Assembly (NCBI GenBank): GCA_002633005.1
Contig: NMRA01000056.1
Location: forward strand, 257,165 to 321,164
Length of the DNA stretch: 64,000 nucleotides
From: Phoronis australis
Taxonomy: Eukaryota > Animalia > Phoronida
Direction: 5' to 3'
In this document: one piece after another, positions 51,001-62,356 of the stretch
How positions within the stretch are numbered: the stretch's first letter is position 1
Layout of the letters: every line of letters begins with the position of its first letter
The notes under the pieces: generated by a model
What the model saw: only the letters and a program-made list of their open reading frames with translations
Told to the model about the DNA's origin: nothing
Database searches by the model: none
Translations under genes and position numbers: made by a program

Positions 51001-51847
51001 TGTCCTATTACATTCATTCACAAGATGAAGTGGCTGGACTTAATTTTCCAAACTGTACAACGAATTATTGTTACAGAATCGAGAGGCGCTTTTTTGTCAA
51101 ATAAATCATCCCCAGATGTGTTTCTCTCGACTGTCCAACGCACATTTCAGAGTCAGCTTTGAGTTGTTTTTAATGGGTTATTTTTTTTAAACCCTAGTGC
51201 AGTAACGTGTTTGAAAATAGTTGTTGTGGTCCGTGTTTTGGGATGGAATCTTTTTTAGCATTTTAAACGGCGAGTTAGTGTCCCTAATCACACGTGAAGC
51301 TATTCTGTTGGGTGAAAAGTTGTCAAGTTCTCAACAAAAACTTTGAGAAAAATCATTATTGGAATGACAGTAATGCTGTTGCTATCATAAAGTGACACCT
51401 GGTACGCAGTTTGATTCCATGCAGTGAGGTATGCACAATACGTAGATGACGGATTTCGACAATTATTTTTTAGTAAAAGTACTGAAGAAGTATCGAGTTA
51501 TTGTTTTGAAAAAATTATGTTAACCATAAATAAGTGATTAAGATAACTGATAGCAAAGAAATGGTGGTAGTGATGTCATGTCTATGTTCTGACGTTTGAA
51601 AAACTACAGGGACTTTGTAGATTAAGCTATTATGGACTTGTAATGTTTTGATGCTGTCAAACAGTCATTTTATATTGACTAATGGATGCACCCTGCCTGC
51701 CTTTATGGTCTTGGCATAAGTGACACCAACAATTTAAATTCAATCCAAAGTTATCTATTTTTCCCCATCTCCTCTATAAGCACAGCCGGTCACGTTTCAC
51801 TTTTTCTGCTCGTGATTTATCACTGAAATTGTGTACATGTGGTGTAT

Positions 51848-51883
51848 CGAGGAATGAAGGGTCACGAGGAATGAAGGGTCACG
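51848..51883 (+). repeat. 17-bp direct duplication
   Basis: CGAGGAATGAAGGGTCA occurs twice in tandem. Confidence 0.95.
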
Positions 51884-52382
51884 GTCACTAATGGTCGAGT
51901 TAAAGATTAGGAGTTTATTGTTTCGCTGCCCAAACGTGTAGGCATCAAATACTAGTAGACTGAATCTGACTTATGGTGGGCTGCATATCTGTTTTGTAGG
52001 CATGAGACACTGGCATTTAGTTTCTATCATTCAATCGATGTTGAAATCCACGCTGGCAAAATTGATGACTTTTTAAAAATGTTCTTTGCTTGCCGATGCC
52101 CTGGGTGATCTACTTAAAAATTGTTGTATGTGGCTAAGTAATCCGATTTAGAATTTCCATTTTTGGTAGTAAGTATAATGGAAATGACCCTTTAAATCAT
52201 TTGAGCTACTACCAGTGGTTACCACAGCTGAAATAATGCCTAAAATAGACACTATTTTAATACCCTTGCCATTGTTTTATTTTTATCATGCGTTAATTTT
52301 TTGTGACTGACTTCTGATACTATTTTCCGTTAACCCTTGTTTAGCACTGTTTGACACGGTTGGCAAACATTGTCTTTTGTAT

Positions 52383-52408
52383 AAGTCACGTGACTTGACG
52401 TGACGTAA
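52383..52408. promoter_or_regulatory. Composite E-box (GTCACGTGAC) plus CRE-like site
   Basis: Perfect 14-bp palindrome AAGTCACGTGACTT is directly followed by TGACGTGACGTAA. Confidence 0.45.
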
Positions 52409-55008
52409 ATATCCAGTTCGCTTTCTTGATGTTTCTGTGCAGGATCCTTCTGTAGTGTTATTCCATCAAAACGAACAGTCCAGCAGCAATACAAATGTAG
52501 GCTCAGTCGAAGTTTAATGGCAAGAATATACGACTATAATCTCTAGACTCCTGCGCAAGGGTGTTGTTAATGTGTTCAATTCAGGTTTTAATGAGCTTGT
52601 TTGTTTCTATGTCCTCCTTTGATATCTGTTCATATCACTGCGTTGTGGAATTTCAGTTAACACACAGGAACCCATGTCCAGTGCAAATCAACTTGCGGTA
52701 AAGTCTCTCCACTTTCAGGCAAAAATGATTGCGTAAATTGATGTTTTTTGTTTTCAAAGGCTTTTAACATTTATGTGAATTTTCCACAGTTTCTCAAATA
52801 ATTGTCTGTTGGTAATTACAGCATACAACTCAAAAAATGAAGAAGCATTTATTTGGCGCTTTAATAACTCATCTTTTATAAAAAATGATGAAATAAAATT
52901 TCCATTCTCTTCCATATTGTTTCCAGTAAATTGGTGAGAGTTTATTGTATGGTAAATTTAGTGTGCTTGCACCTAATAAATATCACTTGTACCCCCTAAG
53001 GCAGCCCTTAAGAAAGGTATGCTTGCTGCTTGCGCTAAAAATGTTGCTCTTGAGCCAGGCATCTTTTAAAAGTTTTTGTTTGATGACACACTTCTAGCTG
53101 TGCACTTGCTTTATTTTGGCTTGGTTTTGATTTTCATCGTGCACTGACATGTTTAGAACACATGCGAGGAATTAGGTGATTTCCTGTTTTCGACCTGTTC
53201 AGAGTTTGTCATGACACATTTTACCACATTGTTTCTACGAGGTTTTATTTGTGAATTACCTAGAAGTCATTTGCATTGTTGATTTCCTCTGTTACCTGAG
53301 TTATAGTGGTCTTTGGTTCTGCTTTTTGTTCCACACAGCTGACCGAGGTCACAGGGTGGTGAACCTCCCTTGTGGCCGCTGTAATTGCCCAGGAGTCTTC
53401 CCTGATATTAATTACCCATTGGAATTTTGTTTTGTGTGTGAAAAACTGAATCTGTATTGAATGAAGACTTGAACTTATGTGCAGGAAGGCTGATGCCTGT
53501 TGTGAGTGTATATGAAAGTCACCACTGGTCAAGTGTTCCTGTCTTGGCTGACCATATGTGTGATTAAGATAATTCTGTACTTATTAAAGCACACAAATAG
53601 CCCTGTTTTCATGTGGAAATTGCTGGAAATAAACCAGTCCATTTTTGAAGCCAATTCTTACTAGGAGAATGTTGAGATTCTGAGTTGCACCAAATTTTGC
53701 TAGATTTTTACTCTGCTATTTATCGAGTGGAATTTAGCTCCGCCAGCAGAGCGTTCGGTCACAACCGTTTTTGGGTTGCAGGTTCATTTCTGCACTGAAG
53801 CTGATCTCGGAAAATCACTTTTCTCGCGGTTAATTTCACGTTAAAGTGAACCTCTACAGGTTTGAACACCTTTTGGAATGGTAGAAATAAATATTGTTCT
53901 TTTGCATGACTGCTTAGGTTAGTTTGGTTGCATAATTTTGTTGGGTTCAGAGAGATGAAAACACTTAAATGATGAGGATGGTTTTGCCTATATTTTAGAT
54001 CAAGCCAATGGCAAAGCCCTTATTCACAACCTCCTCAAAAAGAGAGTGTCCTAGTGATTGTACTGCCATGTTTCTTGTTGATTCGGGTGAACCAACCTCT
54101 TCATTTGGTCCACGTGACCGTAAGCTTCTTCCTTTGGCTAGTTATCTGATGTTTCCTAATTTGCTAACTACAGGTCTTAGAGTTTTCCTCTTTTAAGAGG
54201 ATTTCCTATTTTTTGGTTTCAACTTCATATATGATTTCCAGTTTCCTCTTTTCCATCTTTTTGTCATTATTTCAACTTAAGTGATGCAAAAACGTATATC
54301 TTAGTAAAATTTTACTACTCAAAAACTATTTCTATAACACAAGCCTATTTATTTATGGAACGATACGTCACATGGAAAATTTTCCTTTTTTCGTCATTGG
54401 TCATTGCAAGCCCTGAGTGAAATTGTGAAATGTAAAATAATGTGAATATCTTGATTCGTTTTGAAGAACCCTGTAATGTTCACAATGTATCTGAATGTTT
54501 TGGTTGCTGCCTAATTGAGGCGTCAAAATTTGCAACTGTACTGAGTGACCCATTGTTGTTGCCAGATTCTGAGAAGTGGAGAAACTGACAATTTTCTTTT
54601 TCGTAAATCAATATTTTTTCTTATTAATCATCAAAATTTTCATAATGAAATGACACGTGGACAGGCTTTTCGTGTTATTAATTTTCTGTCAGTTCCGTTT
54701 AAGAGCAAATCCCATCGGAGAAACTGTAGACAGCACATGCTGGAGCCATGGAGATCATTACTAAGTATCGTCTCTAGTTTATTGTCTACCCTAGAGAGCA
54801 GCACTGGCTTCCAAATCCAGATATGGCATCAATCTTGCCCATTGTTGAGTGTTCCTGCTGTCACATGTCAGCACTGTCAAGCCTGTTACAAATCAGAATA
54901 TTAAAGATTCACCCGTCCAGAATACATGTGAGGAAAAAAATTCTGACATATATGATCAAGTTGTTACCATGGTTCGGTAGTCATGTTCAAACTGATGTAT
55001 GTCAATCG

Positions 55009-55358
55009 GTACCCGGACTATGATGTCATGATCGGCGAAGGCAGAACTAAAAATTTGGATCTTTGGTTGAATGGTGGCGTTGTATGTTGCGTCCACTTGA
55101 AATTGTCTCATATTGCCTAATTTTTTATACAAATAGATTCTCTGATCTACGTAATTTAATTGGTTGTTAGGTTGTTTCTATCGTGGATAATGGCAACAAC
55201 AGGGATGAGAGAATCTATTTGTATCAAAAAATGGGTAATATGTGCATGTACAGAGATGCGGAACAATCTCGACCAGACACAGCATGCAGTGCCGTTCTTT
55301 GGAAGAACCAAATTTCTAGCTCCACCTTCTCCGATCATGACTTCATATGTCCAAGTAC
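55009..55358. mobile_element. ~350-bp fold-back MITE
   Basis: Outer arms TATGA(T/A)GTCATGATCGG(C/A)GAAGG…AAATTTGG.TCTT and inner arms ATACAAATAGATTCTCT are both inverted. Confidence 0.85.
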
Positions 55359-56112
55359 TACACATATATCAGTTTGAAAATGGCGGCTGAGGTTGAAAAC
55401 TTTAACTAAGTAGCGACTTTATGTCTAAAGAATTTTGCTCCTCAAATTATCTAACATGCTTCAAAACCCATATCGCTACCAAAGCATGGTGGTTGAAAAC
55501 TCTAAGGCACCGTACTTCACAAAGAGATAGCTTCTGATTGGCTAACATATTTTGTGATTATTGTTGGATGGGACAGCCTTCTTGAAGTTATTAAGCGTCA
55601 TCCAGAGCTTTAAAGCTACTAAGTCCACTGTGTGTGATTTTATCACAAGTCGCCAATTCTTGTTGTCTGCCAGACATTCGCTGAAGTCATGGCTGGTGTG
55701 TTTAACATGTGCCTAGCGTACATCTAAAATATGACGCCATTTAAGGCATTCGATTTGAATCAGCGATAGAGCAGTGTGGCTGTTATTGCAGAGATATTTG
55801 CTTTGAATCCCAGCTACTGCTAATTCCTGTCAATTACTTCTCTCACTGAGAATGTCCCTTAACTAGCTGTGCAATTCAGTTTTGTGTATTCCAGTGACTG
55901 TGGTTAACAGGAAGTCAGGAAGTTTGTATTCATTTCTGCTGAAACCAAGTACCTTTCCAACAAAAGCAGAGTGCAACCAAACAGTGGTTTTATTGCTTTC
56001 TGATGCTGGGCCTGTAATGGAGCACAGTTAATGAGGGACAGCAATTTTTCACTAAAATTAACCAACAGTGGATGTGGAATGCAAATAGAACTGCAGTGTT
56101 TTTGTTGTGAGT

Positions 56113-56283
56113 TCAACATTGCTAATGCTGTAATTGCTCTGCCCCACACTAAGGGATCTTAGGTCAAGGAGTCAACATTGCTAAGGGGGTAATTCCTCTG
56201 CCCCACATAAAGGGATCTTAGGTCATGTGTCAACATTGCTAATTCGGTAATTGCTCTGCCCCACACAGAGTGATCTTAGGTCA
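56113..56283 (+). repeat. ~58-bp minisatellite, 3 units
   Basis: TCAACATTGCTAA….GTAATT(G/C)CTCTGCCCCACA…AG(G/T)GATCTTAGGTCA three times. Confidence 0.95.
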
Positions 56284-57757
56284 GTGAGGGACATTTAGAA
56301 TTGATGACTACAGCAGTTCTTGTACAAGTCTATTGATGGAGTACAAGGTGCAGAGTTTTTAATGTCATACCATATATTTCTGTCTGTCGCCGTCAGTCAG
56401 ATAATAGAATCTGGATTATCAAATATGCATGCATTAATACATTTTGTAAATGTTATGCATTTTTATGCTACTCTTTTACAATTGTGCATCAACTTTCGGA
56501 GAGCATGCTGGTATTTACCATTGGTAAGCAGTACCTGGGCAATTTAATTGCTGAATAATCGGGAACCCTGTTAAAACTTTCATTTTCATTTGCATATATA
56601 TATTTGATGTCAGTAATAGTGGCCAGTGGCTGTATAATTACATGAATAGTCTGAACAAAATAGCATTGTGTTACTGAAGGGAAAGAACTCATCTTATGAG
56701 TATCCAGTTGTTGTCATAAGATCCGTCAAGTAGTTTGTTTGACCCAGTGATTAGTTTTGGCTCTTCTGACGTTGAACAAGATTTTTTCACTGTACGTACC
56801 AAAAAACATTTTTGGTGCCATAAGGCATTGGCGCGCTTCATCCATCTCAAAGTCGCGACCAAAAAGAACGCTGAGATATCATTTTAGGTCTTTCATAAAA
56901 TCTTTGGATGTTGTGGCCAGAGCCCCTCACAATGTCCCAGATCTGTCAGAGTGTAAATCTGCACTGAATCTAAAATAAGTTGTTGATGGCAACTGCTTTA
57001 ATAACATTGATTAACAATGGTAGGGATTCACATTAAAACCATGGCCATTGTTTCTGTACAAGAATGGCCAGCGTAGGCCGTGGATGGCCACAAATGCTGA
57101 GTTGTGAATTAACTAGTTATTCCCGCTCCAGAACCCTGCAGAGGACATGGGCACCATCTGGCTAGGCTGTAGTGGTCCTGTTTTGCTGCTTAAAAATTGC
57201 CCAGATGTTTCCACTTGGGTGTGAGAACAGAAGTAGTAAGGACAGTGTACAGTTGTTATTGCTGTAGAGACTAGATCCAGCACCTGGTTCTAGTTAACTG
57301 GCCAATTTCGTTCACTTTGTTCTTTCAAGCTGGCTGTGATCTCAGTCTGTGACTGGCAAAGGTGTAATGATATTACGTGTAATGGTATTAGCCGGCTTAA
57401 GGAAAGGACAAAGTTTCTTTTTCTGCTTAAGGAATATCTTCACCTATGTTGCACACAATATGCCAGACGTGAAATTTTATTTTGTCTAATTTTTCCAGAA
57501 AGCATAGATTTAGAAAATTTTAGTCTGTAATTAGCTTAATTTGCACTCATAAAACAACATTTGATAAAGCTCCAGATATTTACAGCAATGTTCTCTGTCT
57601 TTGAAAAATGGAAAAATAGCAAAATTCATAGTTATTTGTTGCAAAATAAGTGGAATATTCCGGTACCTCACTTTTTATAGACTGGAAATTCAAATCACTT
57701 CATCTGTTATGTGTTTGCAGGTTAGATGAATGTTGTACTGGCATATATGTCTGTGTT

Positions 57758-57999
57758 CAGAGTGTCGTCTTATGAATGGCAAAGAATGCTTTGTCTGTGT
57801 GCGATCCCCAAATCCTCAGAATGTCACATCTTGTGAATGGCAGAGTATGCTTTGTCTGTGCGTGATCCCCAGATCCTCTGAGCATCATGCCTTATGAATG
57901 GCAGAGAATGCTTTGTCTATGCGCAATCCACAGATCCTCAGAGTATCATGTCTTATGAAGGACAGAGAATGCTTTGTCTGTGCGTGATCCCCAGATCCC
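57758..57999 (+). repeat. ~61-bp minisatellite, 4 units
   Basis: CAGAGTATCATGTCTTATGAATGGCAGAGAATGCTTTGTCTGTGCGTGATCCCCAGATCCT-like unit four times. Confidence 0.95.
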
Positions 58000-58116
58000 A
58001 GTTTTAACTACAGTGGTGACTCATCTGCGTATTCAGATTTGTGACTTGATTTTGCCTGATGTCCTGTACTTGCCAGGAACACATTTATTCAAAGCATTTG
58101 TTGTTCTGATTTTCAG

Positions 58117-58218
58117 ACATGCTGAAGACCTAATCGTCACTCCGTTTGCTCAAATCCTAGCCAGTCTGCGGAGTGTTCGCAATAACTACATCGCCCTAAC
58201 CAATGTTCCGACCACACA
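58117..58218 (+). CDS. PDE4: PDE4 internal exon, C-terminal half of UCR1
   Basis: Acceptor ttctgattttcag| at 58116 and donor ca|gtgagt at 58219. 102 nt, phase 2 to 2. Translation [33 protein letters not shown] matches PDE4 [23 protein letters not shown]. Joins exon 489-674 in frame (TT+A = Leu). Confidence 0.97.
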
Positions 58219-59484
58219 GTGAGTACCTCTTTTTTGCATAGTTATTTTAGCTGAAAATCCGTTCTGCAACTGTCGAACTCTTAACTTGTCTGTTGATGTT
58301 AAGATAATTGTTTTTATCAACTGAATGAATTTTCAACACAGGACCAACCTTGCGCAATGTGGAAGTTCTGTTGGATGGAACTGTGCCCGTTTCATTTTGT
58401 TGACTTCTCAGAAGCATTTTGTTCCATTGGTACTTTGTTAGGCATGCCCATGTATGGTAACAAATGTTAAAATCAATTTGTACTTGCCTAGCTATCCTAA
58501 ATGATTACACACCAATAAATGTGTTTGACTAAGGATGGGTTTCGTAAACCAAAACACTCATGTGCGGGGTACTTGTGAGGATTTTTTGCTTAAGTAATGG
58601 ACTATTCTTTTACTTTTATGGTTTTGCCTGATCTGGCCGAATTTTCAAGAACCTTGCTCTACGAGACACATTCTTGTGTTTCTTTTTGCAAGACAACACT
58701 AGAAGGAGCAGTTGTTGTTCGTTTCAGGGTGCATAGTTTTACCTTGATAAAAAATCTGGTTGCAAACTGGCCATTAAACTTCTTTTCACGGTCTGATGAC
58801 CTGAGGTGACATAAAAGCTACTTCAATCTTTTTTCATCTTGACATTGCCTGTTTAATTGTGGTCACCCTGAATCAGTAAATAACACATTTGAAGTGTTTT
58901 TCGGTGCGTTTATTAAACAACCTGTCTGTAAATGACCCCACAGAGCTAATAAACACTCGACTTCCTCTGGTGTGTTTAATCTGAGCTGTGAGTGTACACA
59001 AGTATTGTTAATTATCACAGGTACATATCAATTGAAGAAATGTGATTTATATTGCTAAGATCGTGTGTCCATGACGCACTTTCCTTCGTACTACTATTTT
59101 ACTACTGCGCTCTGCCTGGCATATGAAATGCGTCGTAAACACAGATGCCTTTAAGTGTACTAGTTACTCATTGACCTGAAATGATCATTAATAATCTAGC
59201 AACTGATTCATGCTCCTATTATGGGGGACGCATTATTTCCTCATCTCAATGGGCCCAGCATCCATTGCTGTATCGCCAGTACAACCTTGAAGGATGCTTG
59301 TGACCTTTTACAGATATTTTCCCATTATGGATGGGATGACACGAGCGAATTTTCGCGCTGATTCGATTACAGCTGTCTCCCCCAGAGGCAATTTTAGATT
59401 TTTACATTAGCCTCAATAACTAAGGAGTTCTTTGACAAATTTTCATGAACTTTGGTTATTTAAAGTAATTGTTTTGTAAACGGT

Positions 59485-60235
59485 TAAGCCCTGACCATGT
59501 TCAGATAGATTCTATGTGTTTTGCATCTGTTTTTGGGGTCCGTCTCTCCGTCTGCTAAATCGCTTGAAGGATCTTGAAATTTCACAGTGGCATCCCTATT
59601 GAGATAAAGATGACTGACTTTGATTTTCAGATGGGTCGAGCTACAGTGGCACCGCCCCCTAGTAGCAATTTAGTTTTTCGTGTGCTTCGATCTACCAGGA
59701 TAGATTTTCCTGAAATCTGGACATCAGGTCTCTGTTGAAAAGACAATGACATGTTTTTCCTTTCGGATGGATTCAACATATTCTGCGCCCTCTAGTGGCC
59801 ATCGTTATATTTGTGCGGCTATTTTGTGGCATTCACTTCAATGTTCACCAAAGCGCTTGAATGGTTTTATGTGAAATTTTATTACAGATTTATTTCTATT
59901 TAGAGGATCATGACTGACGTGATTTTCGGAAGGTTAGACTACTGCGACCTCCTAGGGTGAAATTTTGTTTTTGCTTGTACATTAATATCTAATAAGTTTC
60001 TCAATGGATCTTCACACAATTTGGTCATGTGTTCCTGTTGAGGAGATTGTGCGTTACATTGATTTGGAAGCGAGCCCGACTACGGTGGCATCCTCTAATG
60101 GCAACTTAGGCTTTCTTTGCATAAATTGGCTAGATACTTATATCAAGTTCCATGTTACGTGTTTTTATCAACTAGGCAACGGTGCTTGCCGGCTTTGAGA
60201 CGGGCTGGACTTACGATGCGCCCCCTAGTGACTTT
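59485..60235 (+). mobile_element. Possible non-autonomous Helentron-like element with an internal ~130-160-bp tandem array carrying CTCF-like motifs
   Basis: 5' AGCCC then a short GTCCGTCTCTCCGTCTG microsatellite. Five units carry motifs at 59651, 59784, 59943, 60087 and 60217. GGGCT lies near the 3' end with a T-rich flank. Confidence 0.5.
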
Positions 60236-62034
60236 TATTTTATGAATTTCATGGCAGCAATGAAAACCACTTAGAAGAATATTGTTTGTGGTGAAGTTAT
60301 AATCACTGGCAGTAGAATACTTGATACTCAATCCTTATTGTTGGAGAACTACAACTGTTTCAACCTGACATTCATTTTCATTCATAGACTCGTCACATTG
60401 CTTAGGTGCTGCCTGAAGTCACTACTGCCTTTGTGTCACCATTGTCGTTTGCACAGTTTCCCATTTTTCTTGCGTTATCTTGAGGAATGAATAATTGACT
60501 TCTCAAAAAGTTTTCTATATTCCTTAAAATGACATAAACTTTTATTTAGCTTATTAACATATATTATCTGTTACCATATCACATTGAAACGAAGTAATTT
60601 TCTGCCTCTCTTGGATCAAGTTTGATAACTCCTCAAAAAATCTTTCAAAGCCGACAAGTGTGACTATCAGTTTGGGTCAGTTATCCTTTGTAGTGGGGAA
60701 AAACTGGCCAACCTTACCTCAGATCTACTTAGTGAGATGCATTAAGTACAATGTCGTAGTTGATAAAAGAGTTCATCTTAAAATGGGTTGTAGAACAAGT
60801 TTTGGGTCACCAAAACAGGGTTTGTTATCCTTTTAATGTTCTTTTCTAAAGTCTGTATGGAAACCTGACAGTTTTCTAAATTTATCAAAGCTCTCTGTTG
60901 CATTGGAGTCTTGTAATAGTTTCTATTTGTTTTGATTTACTCATTACAGGCAGACACAGGTTGGCTTTCAAAATTGACAAAATCACACCTCGAAAATTGG
61001 AGAACTTTCAGAACAAAACTTTCTGTGTTCAAACTGATTTATTGTTGTTTTCTGTTTCCGTTCCAGGTTTTTACTTGATAAAGGCAGGCAAATTTCGCTG
61101 TAATATCCGTCATTTTTTAAACTTTTTATGACAAGGCCAATAACCGCGAACCTGGTTATCTCTTGTAAACTTTGTCTGCCTGGCTGTAGCCAAAACATCT
61201 ACTGAACTAACAGAAACGTTGAATGGACCGTGAATGATCAGTGAATGCCCCGACAAGTGGACACGCGTGTTGAGTTCTGCCAATGCAGGCGTGTTCCAAA
61301 CCAGGAAGCACTCTTCACACCAAAATACTTGCTTGGCACTGTGAACTATAGCTGCCAGAGCGCGGGTCCTTTTATAGGACACGATTTCCTACTCATGATT
61401 TATCTATCGAACTCAACACTGACCTTTAGGCATTTAATGTGAACAAATGTTTGCATGCCTGAGTATTGCTACCTCATCTTTGCGTGCATCTGAAAGTTTC
61501 ATTTGTTCAATATTCGGTAAAATCTCCAATATACCCTTACTTCATTTTCAAGGGCTGCTAACATTTTTGAGAATGGTCACCAGTTTTCAAAAATATTGTC
61601 TGTTGGTTAGTACAGTTATTTGAACATGGCATACCATCATTTTGGCACTACGATCAGATTTTGCACATTTCTTACAAAAGTAATTGCCAAAATTACCCTT
61701 TGTTCATTTTTCAAGTTTTATAACGTTGTTTTGCGTATGCCCATAGATTTTCAAAACACCGCCTCGCAGGTGGTAACAGAGACATATGGAAAACATCAAT
61801 TTGGTTCTACATATCTGTTATGAAAAACTGGGAAATAAAATTTCATCCATTCACCATATTGTTTCCTGAATCGGTGAGATTTCACCGCATACATCATTTA
61901 TGAAAAGATGAGAACATAATATTTCATCTGTCCGCAAAATGATGTGTCCCAAATTGGTGAAATTTCACTGTATGCAGGCATCAATTTTTGGAATGTGGCC
62001 CATTAGTGCATCGAAATGCATTGCAACTGTAGTA

Positions 62035-62356
62035 CCAACTGACACAGTTACAGTGTTCTAAACAACAGAAAATTCAAACTGGACTTGAATTTCAAAATTC
62101 ATGTTCGTGTGTTCAAAAGTCAATGTCTATACTGTGTGGAGTTTGAACGTTAAGTATTGAAATAAATGCACTGAACTGGTACCAAAAATCCAAAACGTGC
62201 TAATTTGCTTAGAAAATGGCTAATCTCCCAATATTTCAAACTCGCTGCTCAGGTTTTTAAACTCGATGCAAGTGAGCCAAACTCGACACTGCAAAATTCA
62301 AAACTCGACGTAGTGACGAGTCAAAGCAGGTTGTGGAGAACACTGCAGTTAGTTGC
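62035..62356. mobile_element. MITE-like element with AAACTCG subrepeats
   Basis: CAGTGTTCTAAACAAC … GTTGTGGAGAACACTG inverted arms, repeated AAATTCAAA and AAACTCG units. Confidence 0.5.

Larger units (their letters stand above)
675..58116 (+). other. 57,442-bp GT-AG phase-2 intron splitting PDE4 UCR1
   Basis: The protein is continuous across the junction (…LTSDL|HAEDLIV…) as in other PDE4s, so no constitutive exon is required in between. Confidence 0.88.
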
